Shown piece after piece: positions 41,290 through 54,601 of a stretch of DNA of 64,000 nucleotides. The notes below the pieces were generated by a model. It was given only the letters and a program-made list of their open reading frames with translations. It ran no database searches and was not told the origin of the DNA. The stretch lies in assembly GCF_009914755.1 (NCBI RefSeq), contig NC_060936.1; one strand, written 5' to 3'. Both the position numbers and the translations under genes were made by a program. The number at the start of each line of letters is the position of its first letter. Within the stretch, counting starts at the first letter, position 1. Source of the stretch: the human T2T-CHM13v2.0 reference genome, Homo sapiens.

Positions 41290-43200
41290 GTTATTTTCTT
41301 TAAGGATCTATCAATATTTCATTCTTGTGTATAAAAATGAAATACCTAGTAATGGAACTAACAAAAGATGTATGTGACCTTTGCAAAGAAAACTGTAAAA
41401 CATTTTGAAAGACAACTCCAAATAAAAACAGTAACACAGCATGGATTACAAATGGATTAAAAGATTCGACATACTAAAGATGTCAATTTTTCCCCAACTG
41501 GTACTTATACTCAGTGTAATTCCACTCAAAACCCGATGGATTTTCTTGTAAAGAATGTCAAGGTGATTCTAAGGATATAAAAGACCAAAGGTTTAAAAAT
41601 AGGTAAGACTATAGCAAACTGTATGCCTTATCAAATATATATATATAATAATTAAATAATGAAGTATTCACTCAAGAATAAGCAACGTGACCTGTGAAAC
41701 AGAATAAAGAGTCCAGAATCAAATCTACATATAATTGGAAACTTAATTTATGACACAGCTGATCTTGCTGATAACAGAAGATAGAAAGAAATTTTTAAAT
41801 AGTGCTGAAATAACTGATCATGCATGTGAAAATGTCAAAACTGAAATGTTACCTTACATATATAATATATTATCTAATATATTTGGAGCAACAAGTCACT
41901 CCAAAAACTTAGGGCTCAAAACAATAATAAATATCTATTTGACACCGTTTCTGTAGGTCAGAAATTCAGGAAGAGCTTCTCTGGCAGTTCTGTCTTGAGT
42001 TTCTAATGAGGTTGCAGTGGAGATGTCAGGTGCCACAGTCTTCTGAAGGCTTGACTGAGACTAGAGCATGCACTTCTCAGATGGCTTTTACCCACATGGC
42101 TGTTACCAGCCAGTTCCTCACTGCTTCTTGGCTCAGTTTCAGCTCCTAGCCACATGGATGGCTCCATAGTGCTGCTTGAATGTCCTCATGACACAGAAGT
42201 TGGCTTCCCTCATAGCTAGAAATAAAAAAGAGAGGACAGGTGGAAATTACAATGCCTTTTGTTATCTAGGCTCAGAGATCTAACACCATCATTTTTGCAT
42301 ATCTTATTTATTATACAGGTCAGCCTTATTCAGTAAGTGGGGATACCACAGACAAGGGTATGAATATCCGGGGCAGGGATTATTGGTGCCATCTTGGAAG
42401 CTGGTTATCACATAATTAATTATAGGTAGATGAGAGAATTCTATAACACTTTATAAGACAATCTATGAGAAAATCTTTATGATTTCAGAGCAAAGACTTC
42501 TCAAAGAAGCAAAATACTCAAATTACAAAGAAAAAGACTATTTAATTCAACTATATTAAGAATAAGTTCATCTATTTAACAACAAAACAGCATAAAGTAG
42601 GAATCAAATCACAAATACCATATTTGCAGCAAATATGATTTAAAATTGTTAATATCCAGACTATAGAAAGAAATTCAAACCAACACTAAAAAGATAAATG
42701 ATACAAAAGAAAAATGAGCAAAAGCTTTAAGTTCCTAAAAGAAGAAAGAGGAATGGTCTATATTAAAAGACGGACAGTTTCATTAGTAACCAGGGAAATG
42801 CAAAGTAAAGCCAAACTGTGATACCATTACACACCCATTTGATTTGCAAAACTTAAGAAATGTGAAACAAAACAAAACAAAACAAAAAGAAAAAGAGAAA
42901 AAAATTTTTAAATTAATTAATTAAAAAACATTCTGAGACTATGATGACGTGGAACAATGGAAAACCTTCCACATGGCCAGCATGAGTGTAAATGGTCCAA
43001 CCGTTTTGAATCACAATTTGGCGTCATGTGCCATAGTTGAGTTTGTGCATATCCAATTATCCAGCAATTCCTCTTCTGGAGAAAATACTACATATGTTTG
43101 TAGAAACACTGTATTAACAAAAAACTAAAAATAACTCAAACAACCAACAAAAGAATGGACAAATTGTAGGATACAATGGAATATCATACAGCTGTGGAAG
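41290..43200 (+). mobile_element. L1ME-like ORF2 3' remnants, interrupted by MLT1
   Basis: aaagatgtcaatttttcccc, agaataaagagtccagaa, cagggaaatgcaaagtaaag...ataccattacacacc. Confidence 0.75.
41870..42412. mobile_element. MLT1 (F/G-like) MaLR LTR
   Basis: tttctgtaggtcagaaattcagg...tgaggttgcagt...gcttgaatgtcctcatgaca...ccatcttggaagctggttatcaca. Confidence 0.75.
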
Positions 43201-43509
43201 GGTGGGAGTAAGTCTGCAGGAATTTTTTTTTAATTTAGAGACGTTATAACATACTTAAATGCACATGAGAAGTAACCCATAAAGAGGGGGGAGGATAAAG
43301 ACTCTAGGAGAGAGTAAAAAAATGAGTAGTGTGAGATTCCTGAAAGGCAAATGAAAAAGAATATGGAGACAAAGGAAAGGATTTCTTCATTACACATGAT
43401 GCAGGAGGTAAGGATGGATATGCATTTATTCAGTAAATATTTACTATTATCCCTTCCATGCCAGGCTCTGTCGTTGCTACTAAGGATGCAAGTAGATTTG
43501 AAAATTGGG

Positions 43510-43906
<397 letters not shown>

Positions 43907-44148
43907 TTAATGGCTCTCATGTTCCTTGTGAAGTAGGTGGTAAAGTCATCTCCTGGGGGTGAGGGGAAAGCTTGGGGCTTTAGGTTTAAGGAGAGTGAAG
44001 ATTAAAAATTGTATACAGAACAGGAGAGCAAGCTAGGGAAGGAAATAAAGCAGCACGGTTGGGCAGTGTTCAAAGCCTAGCTAAGGTTAGTGAATTTATG
44101 GACAGAATTCCCAGTTGTACCACTTTCTCCAGCTAGCTCAGTGCTAGC

Positions 44149-47100
44149 ATATATATATATATATAAATATATATAAAATATATATAAATATATATAAATA
44201 TATATAAAATATATATAAATATATATATATAAAATATATATAAATATATATATAAATATATATAAAATATATATAAATATATATATAAATATATATAAAA
44301 TATATATAAATATATATAAATATATATAAAATATATAAAAATATATATATAAATATATATAAAATATATATAAATATATATATAAATATACATAAAATAT
44401 ATATAAATGTATATATAAAATATATATATATAAATGTATATATAAATATATATAATTGTATATATAAATATATATAAATATATATATAAATATATGTAAA
44501 AATATATATAAAAATATATATAAATATATATATAAATATATATATATAAATATATATAAATATATATATAAATATATATATATAAATATATATAAATATA
44601 TATATAAATGTATATATAAATATATATAAATATATATAAATGTATATATAAATATATATAAATATATATAAATATATATAAATATATATAAATATATATA
44701 AATATATATATAAATATATATAAATATATATAAATATATATAAATATATATATAAATATATATGAATATATATAAATATATATATAAATATATATATAAA
44801 TATAAATAAATATATAAATCTATGTAAATATGTATAAATATATATAAATATATATGTAAATATATATATAAATATATATAAATATATATATCAATATATA
44901 TAAATATATATAAATATATATATCAATATATATAAATATATATAAAGATATATAAAGATATGTATAAATATATATAAAGATATATAAAGATATGTATAAA
45001 TATATATAAAGATATATAAAGATATATATAAATATATAAATATATATCTAAACATATATAAATATATATAAACATATATAAATATATATAAATATATATA
45101 TAAATATATATAAATATATATATAAATATATATAAATATATAAATATATATATAAATATATATAAATATATATATAAATATATATAAATATATATAAATA
45201 TATATAAATATATATATAAATATATATAAATATATATAAATATACATAAATATATATATCAATATACATAAATATACATAAATATATATATAAATATACA
45301 TAAATATATATAAATATATATAAATATACATAAATATATAAAAATATATATAAATATATATATAAATATATATAAATATATATAAATAATATAAATATAC
45401 ATGAATATATATAAATATATATATAAATATATATAAAAATATAAATAAATATATAACTATATATGGAAATATATATAAATATATATAAATATATATAAAT
45501 AGATATATAAATATGTATAAATATATATAAATATATATATAAATATATATAAATATATATAAATATATATATAAATATATATAAATATATATAAACATAT
45601 ATAAATATATATAAATATACATAAATATACATATAAATATATATAAATATACATAAATATACATAAAAATATATATAAATATATATAAATATACATAAAT
45701 ATATATATAAATATATATAAATATATATATAAAAATATATAAATATATATAAATATATATACATATAGATGAATATATATATAAATATAGATAAATATAT
45801 ATATAAATATACATAAATATATATAAATATAGATAAATATATATATAAATATAGATAAATATATATATAAATATATAGATAAATATATATATAAATATAG
45901 ATAAATATATATATAAATATATAGATAAATATATATAAATATATATAAATATATAGATAAATATATATAAATATATATAAATATATAGATAAATATATAT
46001 AAATATATATAAATATATAGATAAATATATATAAATATATATAAATATATAGATAAATATATATAAATATATAAATATATATAAATATATATAAATATAT
46101 ATAAATATATATATAAATATATATAAATATATATATAAATATATATAAATATACATAAATATACATAAATATACATAAATATATATATAAATATACATAA
46201 ATATACATAAATATATATAAATATATACATAAATATATACATAAATATATACATAAATATATATATAAATATATACATAAATATATACATAAATATATAT
46301 ATAAATATATATATAAATATATATAAATATATATATAAATATATATATAAATATATATAAATATATATATAAATATATATATAAATATATATAAATATAT
46401 ATATAAATATATATATAAATATATATAAATATATATATAAATATATATATAAATATATATAAATATATATAAATATATATATAAATATATATATAAATAT
46501 ATATAAATATATATAAATATATATATAAATATATATATAAATATATATAAATATATATAAATATATATATAAATATATATATAAATATATATAAGTATAT
46601 ATAAATATATATATAACTATATATAAATATATATAAGTATATATAAATATATATAAATATATATAAATATATATAAATATATATATAAATATATATAAAT
46701 ATATATAAATATATATATAAATATATATAAATATATATAAATATATATATAAATATATATAAATATACATAAATATACATAAATATACATAAATATATAT
46801 ATAAATATACATAAATATACATAAATATATATAAATATATACATAAATATATATATAAATATATACATAAATATATATATAAATATATACATAAATATAT
46901 ATATAAATATATATATAAATATATATATAAATATATATATAAATATATATATAAATATATATATAAATATATATATAAATATATATAAATATATATATAA
47001 ATATATATATAAATATATATATAAATATATATATAAATATATATATAAATATATATATAAATATATATATAAATATATATATAAATATATATATAAATAT

Positions 47101-47200
47101 ATATATAAATATATATATATAAATATATATATAAATATATATATAAATATATATATATATATAAATATATATATAAATATATATTTATATATATATATTT
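44149..47200. repeat. ~3.05 kb AT-rich tandem array of TATATAAA / TATATATAAA units with variant blocks
   Basis: Directly visible; almost entirely A/T, with sparse C/G variant units. Confidence 0.99.
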
Positions 47201-47326
47201 TTTCCCCCCAGCAGGTTCAAACAAGAGGACAACATAGCAGAAAAATGTAGGACATGTAGGACACTGGCAAGAGGTTTTTTGAAATAACAGATAGCTGCCA
47301 GTGAGTTTGCTGATTAAAATCCTGGA

Positions 47327-47449
47327 GAGCCATGCGTGGTGGCGCATGCCTGTAGCTCCAGCTACTCTGGAGGCTCCCTTAAGATTGCAGTGAGCCATGA
47401 CTGCACTCCAGCCTGGGCGACAGAGTGAGACCCCGTCTCTAAAAAAAAA
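47327..47449 (+). mobile_element. Internally deleted Alu right arm
   Basis: gcgtggtggcgcatgcctgtag...gcactccagcctgggcgacagagtgagacccc, followed by poly(A). Confidence 0.85.
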
Positions 47450-49479
47450 TTCTGAAGGAGAATGTATCATTTGAGTGTATCCAGGAATCAAGTAAAGTTG
47501 TTACATATTTATTTGATGAGAAATACAAGTGTTTAAAACCACAAGTAAAGAGGAGTTAATGTCCTGTTGGAAGGAAACTGACCGATGAGAGACCGGAGAT
47601 CGAAAGGGTCCTGCAGATATATTTTTCTGCCTTTCTCCCCCAGCTGCTTGGAGATGCAAAAACTTCCACCTGTCCTGTGATACTGAGCTATCTTTTCTTG
47701 TGAAACTATGGCCAGTTCAGTAATGCACCATCTCCTATTTTCTTTTCTTCCTTCCCTTCTTCACTTTGCTCTTTACCTCATTCTTGCTTCCCTGGGATTT
47801 CACTTCCTGATAAAACAGCACTGCAGACCTTTTGGTTAGGCTCTGTCTTTTAGGGTACTTGGGGGAAGACAAAGTGAATTTCTCTGCTGAATTTGGAGTT
47901 CTTAGAAGTCAACTCATGGAGGGAAGGACAGGGAAGTGGTGAGATAGAAGTGGGAAGATAAATAAGGAACCAAAGAGACAGTAGGAGGCCTGGGTCAATC
48001 TGCGGTGAGGTAGCAGCGAGAAATCCCTGGCAGTGCATGGGATGACTGAAGGGTTTTTAGTAACTAGGATGTCTATTATTCAATTTAAGATAATCATGTT
48101 GCTTCATGGTAAAGTCCCTCCTATCCCTTTCCTCCCCCTAAATTTGGTAAATTATATTACATACATATAGGCTTTATTCGATTTTCTATTTTGAGGGAGA
48201 ACAATAAATGACTGAACTTCACATGTGAGTTAACACGGCATGAAATAGAAAGGATATTTCCAGGTGGAAAGATGATCCATTAGCTTAACTAGTTCAAAGG
48301 GCAAACAAAAGCCAGAAGAACCAAGACAATATAAGACCTAGAAAACTTGAGAAGAATGTTACACCGACATAGGCATGGAATGGGATGATGGGAGAAAATT
48401 TGTTATGCATTAACGGATCTGGAGGTCCCATATGACATACGGGCAGCTTTCCTTACTAGAGGGTACTTCTGCAATTTTATTGATTTTTAGCTGTCTTTGT
48501 TTATGCACATATATTCATTTACGTGCTGAAGTCTTTTTAAAGTACATTTATTTTCTTTAATCAATAAGGATTTATGCAATAATATATTGATATTATAATT
48601 GAATTATTATGGATGCTACTTCCAGATATGAGATTTTGCTGCTAAGACTGTATTAGGACATTGCTATTTGAGACAATTTATTCAGTCCTGTGCACAGTTG
48701 TATAAGGCATGCCAAAAACTGTTCATGCCAATTTTTATGTTCACAAGGCAATAGATAGGGGTGTCCCTGCAGATGTGTCAGCTCCTATAGGTACTGTGGC
48801 ATTTTATTTTAAATACAGTAAAAAAAACCTTTGTCTACTAAAAAGAGTATACCATAAATATTGGAAAAATTATTTATTGTTTGATAGAAATTTCTACTTT
48901 TCAATTTATTAAGTAACCAATAATTTTCAGGAATAAAACCATATACATGGAATAGAAGGAGAAAAAAATGACAAAATCATTCTAAAGCATTTCATAATTC
49001 ATAATTTATGCATGTCAGTTGAGCTCACAGGTATCTGGCATTTCCTAAATCAAAATGACAGTGAAACTCCCCGCCCTTTGTAGCCTGGTATCAAAATACT
49101 TCACATAAAAATGAATTATGAGCAATGTAGCATAACTATACATATTCCTTTTGCAAATAGTTTATGTGAAACAAATATATTTCATTTTTTATGGTTTGAT
49201 TGAGAAAACATGCCTTAGTGATATTGAATGGTCTGAGGTCACGGACTCAAGCAAATTAAATGTCAGTCTAAACTGTTATATGTATTTACAAAATTATGTC
49301 ATTTAGCAATGTGGTTTACTCCTATTGGTGGGTAGGAACATACCTTTTCATTTTTCATTAGGAATATGACAGTATTACTCAACTTTTAAAAAATCCCTTT
49401 TGTAAAGTGACTTTTGATAAAATAGGAGTGCTATACCTTCCTTTAGTTATTTAGTAAAAAAACACTTCAGTGAAATTGG

Positions 49480-49700
49480 GAGGAACCTAGATCCTGGAAT
49501 CAGACGTATTTGGGTTTGAATTATGAGCACTTACCAGATATGTGATCTTACACTTCTGTATTTGAGTTTCCCCATCTTTTAAATGCAGATACTAAGAATA
49601 GCTACTGCAAAGTATTATTGTGACAAGTTAATGTTATAATTCTTTTACATGCCTAGTATATTGCTCAGAGTATCATATATGCCTATTACTATTATCATTA
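49480..49700 (+). mobile_element. MIR
   Basis: ctggaatcagac...tgggtttgaat...gtttccccatcttttaaatg...tattactattatcatta. Confidence 0.75.
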
Positions 49701-50189
49701 TTCACTTTCAAAGAAAATTAAGTACATTGATCAAAAATCATTATAATTTTAATTTTTTCACACTGCATATTCTCCCATGAACTCTGACACTCCCCTACTC
49801 TCCCTTTCTACCCCATATCCCCTCTTGCCACCTCAAGAATTATTAGACTATATACTTAAGATATTGAATCACATTCTGAACATCAATCTCTTATGATACT
49901 AATCTATGACCTTAGGACCCATACACAATTACCTTGTTTTTCCAAAGTTTGTTTCTTTAAATAGTATGTATGGATGAGCTTTTGGCTAATCCTGAAACAT
50001 GCTGTTTAGAATAAATAGTCTGAATTCCATTCATCTTTTTGCATACTAACTCTTGAACCTGAAATATGCTCTTCCACACCTAAGCATAATATAATGAACA
50101 AGCACTGGCTGGCATTTTATGCCACATATAATTACAATAATGGACCATCCAATTTATAAAGAAAAAAATATGTCCTTCTGTTCCTCCCA

Positions 50190-50680
50190 AGGGGTTAGAT
50201 TACTGTGTTGAATGTTACACAACAGACAGAAGTGGCTTAGCCAAATATGAGCTCATTTTCCCCATGTACAAGAAGTCTAGGGGTAGGCAGACCAAAGATG
50301 ATGCATTAGAGATGGTGCTAACAGAACTCATCAGACCAGGCTCCTTCTCCCTTCCTTCTCTGCCATTCTAGTGTCTTTTATCCTCTTGGTTGTAGGATGG
50401 CTGCCCCACCTCCAGATGTCATTTGCATGTCTCATATGGGAGGAGGAGAGCAGGATGAAGGGCAAAGGTGAATTTTATTGCGAAAACAATGACATTCCCA
50501 CAAGCTTCCTACAGGAAGTTTCCTCCTGCATCTTGTAAGTCTAGATTACATGGGGGCAATTCTACCTTAAAAAGAGTCTATGGAGGAGAATTTTTAACTG
50601 GACACAGTGCTGTCCTTAAAATTTGTGGAATGAAGAAGAGATGAAATATTAGGCAGATAATCAGCAGTGTCTGCCACATG
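50190..50680. mobile_element. Old MLT1 LTR
   Basis: agtggcttag...caagaagtctaggggtaggcag...ccaggctccttct...gatggctgc...cagcagtgtctgccaca. Confidence 0.65.
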
Positions 50681-50749
50681 GATCAAGACATTTTTGCTTG
50701 ATTTATAGAGAATGATACTGCAACATCATTATGCTACCAAAGTACACCA

Positions 50750-52157
50750 GCATCAGCTTAATAGGGAAACATCCTTTACTAATATAAAACATAATACCAA
50801 AAATATTCAGTTAATAAAAGGAAGTAAAGTTCAAGATTTTTAGTAAGTCTCAACAGAAGACTCAAATAAACTCTGTAGTACTATATATTAGTGTTAGAGA
50901 CTTCAGTAGGAATCCCTATTATCTATTAATATCTACTAATCATCTATCTAACCACTTATCATCTATATATATATTGAGAGACAGAGAAATAATTATAGAT
51001 GTGATTATATACATATATATGTATTATTAGCATACATACATGTGTTTCCTACTTCAGTTTGCTGGGAGAGCCTAGAAGCAATGACACCCTATAGCAATGA
51101 GCACACTAAGTCTCTAGATCTTGCTTTCTAAATATCAGTCACCAATAGAAACAATCAATCAGAGCTCCTTGAAGGAATTATTGATTCTAGGGCTGGGATC
51201 GGGTAAATACTAGATGAACCTGGATCATCTTTTAGTGCCAGAAGTGCTCAAAAGCAAGCAAGCAAGAAAACAAACAAACAACAAACACCCCCCACCCCCT
51301 AAAAAATGAAGGCATGTCAAAAGGTCACAGTAACAAACCTGAAAGAAACCACTATGGCCAAAGCTGGAATAATTTGGGCAGTGAAATAAATAATGTGGTA
51401 GTGAATTATAATCCAAAGTTTAAAACACCACACGAGTCTGTGCTGGTACAAAGAAATCATTGAACAAATAAATAAATGGGAGACAATTGGCAAATTTTCC
51501 TTCCAGAAAATTTCAAATAACATATGCAGATATTCTCTCCTCTCCCTTCCACCTTGAGTGTGGGCTGAACTCAGTGATGCTCTCCCAAAGAATAGTGAAA
51601 GGAAAAATAGCAACTTTCTAGTGGAAAAGCACAACCTTAACCTAGTGGTCAAGGTTCTCATCACCAGTGATAAGTTATGTTGATGCTATATACCCCTGCC
51701 TGATATGAAAACCCATAACTCCAGTCTAATCATGAGAAAAACATTCTTAGTGTATAACTTTTATCTTCTTGGTTAAAATTGAACTTGCTAACATTCTACA
51801 AAATAGATATTCCTTAAAACTGTGAAGGTCATGAGAAATAGGAAAATACTGAGAAACTTTCACAGAGAAGAGAAGACTAAGGAGACATGACGGCTAAATG
51901 CAATATGATATTCTGCATGGGAATCTGGGATAGAAGAACATCAGTGGAGAAACTAGTGAAATCTACATAAAATTTGGAGTTTAGTTAATAGGGATGTACC
52001 AGTATAAGTCTGTTAGTTTTGCCAAATGTAGCAGAATAATGTAAGATGTTAACATGAGGAGACACTGATTGAAGGTATAAAAAAATTCTTTACACTATCT
52101 TTGCAACTTTTCTGTAAATCTCAAATTGTTGCAAAATTAAAAGTTTTTAAAAAAACT
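50750..52157 (+). mobile_element. L1MC/MD-like 3' UTR
   Basis: gcctagaagcaatgacaccc...gcaatgagcacac...ccagtctaatcatgagaaaa...ttgcaacttttctgtaaatc...aaaattaaaagttt. Confidence 0.8.
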
Positions 52158-53338
52158 TCCACATAGTTAAAACTGGAAGGGATAATAGCCGGTTCGTAAA
52201 GCTTTACAATAACAGTGTGAACTTATGACTAATGGTCTCCAAAGCATCTCAGAGTGGATCAATACAAACTGTTTAAGCTAGGTACAGTTATTATATCAAT
52301 ACTAGTCTGGTTCAGGCTCCAGATCCTAAGGAAACAGAAGTCCACGTGTAAAGAGATATTTAATTTGAACTTTTCACTAAACGGTACTTACGTATGAGAT
52401 TTCTGGATAATTGTAACCTTTGCAAGGTCAAGTGAAAGCTGCCAGCAGTTGAAATTAATCTACTGTTTTCTTCAAAATCAGGATATTCACAGTTAGGAAC
52501 CTATGCCTGCAAAAGGAATTTTGGTCAATTCTATGTCATTTTTCCTCACAAAATCATAGAATTACCTTGAGAAATTCCAACTAAAAAATTGTTTCTACTT
52601 AAGAACTACATTTTTAGAGCAACAGTGTTGGCAACCAGCTAACATCACTGTGGGATATCAGAATTTTAATCTTGCTTTCCCATTCATTCTTTCAACGACC
52701 TTGAAAAACTTATTTAATATGTTCCTTGGCCACTATATGAGGTTGATTAAATTCTGTAGATTAAAAAAAAAGAACAATTATATAATCATCAAAAAGCTAC
52801 TTGAAATAAAAGTGTTAACATACATATTGTGGAAGGACATTATACCACTTTGTGGAAGTCATACAGATATTTATTTTTTCTCTAGTTTTCTATTTATTAA
52901 GAGCAAAGTTGAATAGAAGTAACGAAAAAGTCATTCTTGCTGAGAAACAGAACAAATTGAAGTGATGAATGAAGGTTAATCTTCAAAGATATCCCCTACA
53001 GAAAACGCTCCAAATATTTTTTCTTGTAGAGAGACTTCCTCCAGAAACCCAACATGAACTTAAACATCCTAAGTTGCAGTTCCATAACAACCGTTAAACT
53101 TCAACTTTTAAAAATCTTCAAGAAATGAATAGTCTTGACTCTGCCAACTTAGAAATTAAGAGAAATCTCTTCAAAATATATCAGCATCCTTTTCTTCAGT
53201 CTCTGATCTTGAGTTAACTTTTGGGAGGCTTTTGAGGCCCCTGTCATCGAGGAATGCAAGCATGTATAATTCAAAAGAGCCTTGTAATTGTACAGGAACA
53301 TTCAGGATTAATTATGCATGTTGCCACCTCGCAGAGGT

Positions 53339-53352
53339 CCACAAGGGGGCAC
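53339..53352 (+). promoter_or_regulatory. CTCF motif CCACAAGGGGGCAC
   Basis: 13/14 match to CCASYAGRKGGCRS in non-repeat sequence. Confidence 0.6.
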
Positions 53353-53499
53353 TCTTTTGCTGAACTTTTCTATACATTTCAAGGTAAAAACAGACTATGA
53401 TAATAGGAATTTGGTCTATATATATTTATTTGTTTCTCATGGTTCTTTCAATTGTATCCTAGTCAGTTTCCTCCTTTGCTATCTTTTTTCAGGTGATTC

Positions 53500-53802
53500 T
53501 TTTTTATTGTGATAAAATATACATAACGTAAAATTTACTGTTTTAAAGTGTACAGTTCAGTGGCATTAAGTACATTGACATTCTTTTGTAACCGTCATCA
53601 CCATCCAGCTCCAGAACTTTTTCATTTTCCCAAACTGAAACTCTATACCCATTAAAAAATAACTCCCCATTTTCTCCTCCCCCAACCCCCAGCAACAACC
53701 ATTCCACTTTCTGTGTCTATGAATTTGACTCTAGGTACTTTATATAAGTGGAATTATAAAGTTTCAATTGACATAATTTTTCAAAGTTCATCCCTGTTGT
53801 TC
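53500..53802 (-). mobile_element. L1MB-like 3' end
   Basis: ttattgtgataaaatatacataac...tacagttcagtggcattaagtacatt; imperfect TSD cag(g/a)tgattct. Confidence 0.85.
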
Positions 53803-54114
53803 CAGATGATTCTCAAATGAACTTTTCAACAATTTTACTAAGTACCCAAAGTTTTAGGAAAAACTAGGCTAAAAGAAGCTGATATTATTGGCACTTCTAT
53901 ATATGTACCTGCTCTTTATTGGTCTTTTCTTCCTCATTTGTCCACATTCCTCAACTTCCTAACTGACTCACCATTGTTTAGTGAGTCAAATTCAACCAAC
54001 CACCTTTTTTACTTAATTCATCACAAAAATTCCTGTCTTTCTTACCATGGGCTTCAATTCTCATTTAAATGACTGTTCATCTAACATTTGCAGTTGAACA
54101 TAGTAGTAGCAACT

Positions 54115-54279
54115 CTATTTATTTATTTAAGACATGGTCTCCCTTTGTTGCTCAGGCTGGAGAGCAGTGGCACCATCTCAGTTCACTGCAGCCTTGACCT
54201 CACAGGCTCAAGCGATGATCCTTTCATCTCAGCCTCCTGAGTAGTTGAGACTACAGGCATGAGCCACCACGCCCAGCTT
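54115..54279 (-). mobile_element. Alu right monomer (FRAM/AluJ-like)
   Basis: TSD GTAGCAACT (54106-54114 / 54281-54289). Confidence 0.88.
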
Positions 54280-54462
54280 GGTAGCAACTTTTATACAAGG
54301 TCACAGCACCGAAAAGCAAAGATAACTGAGTATAAAGTACTTCCTGATCCAGTACTAATGAAGATGGGTGGGGGCAGAGGGTGGTGGCACTGCCTGGATT
54401 AAGTTTGTTTTAAAGTTCTCTCACATGATACTATATCCTCTTAGCCAAAAATTGTAAATTTC

Positions 54463-54601
54463 CTTTTTATTTTTATTTTTGTAGAGATGGGGGGTCTCTC
54501 TATTTTGCCCAGGCTAGTTTCAAACTCCGGGGCTCCAGGTATCCTCCTGCCTTGGCCTCCCAAAATGCTGGGATTACAGATGTGAGCCACCATGACTGGC
54601 C
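54463..54601 (-). mobile_element. Alu left monomer (FLAM)
   Basis: TSD TGTAAATTTC (54453-54462 / 54602-54611). Confidence 0.9.

Noticed and set aside
44149-47200. CRISPR-like repeat-spacer array or other prokaryotic system
   Set aside because: Human-type genomic context, no unique spacers and no cas-like genes; it is a simple tandem repeat.
44891-47491. 866-aa, 451-aa and 386-aa ORFs as protein-coding genes
   Set aside because: Pure I/Y/L/F low complexity generated by the tandem repeat. The longest begins in flank and antisense Alu sequence and has no domain content.
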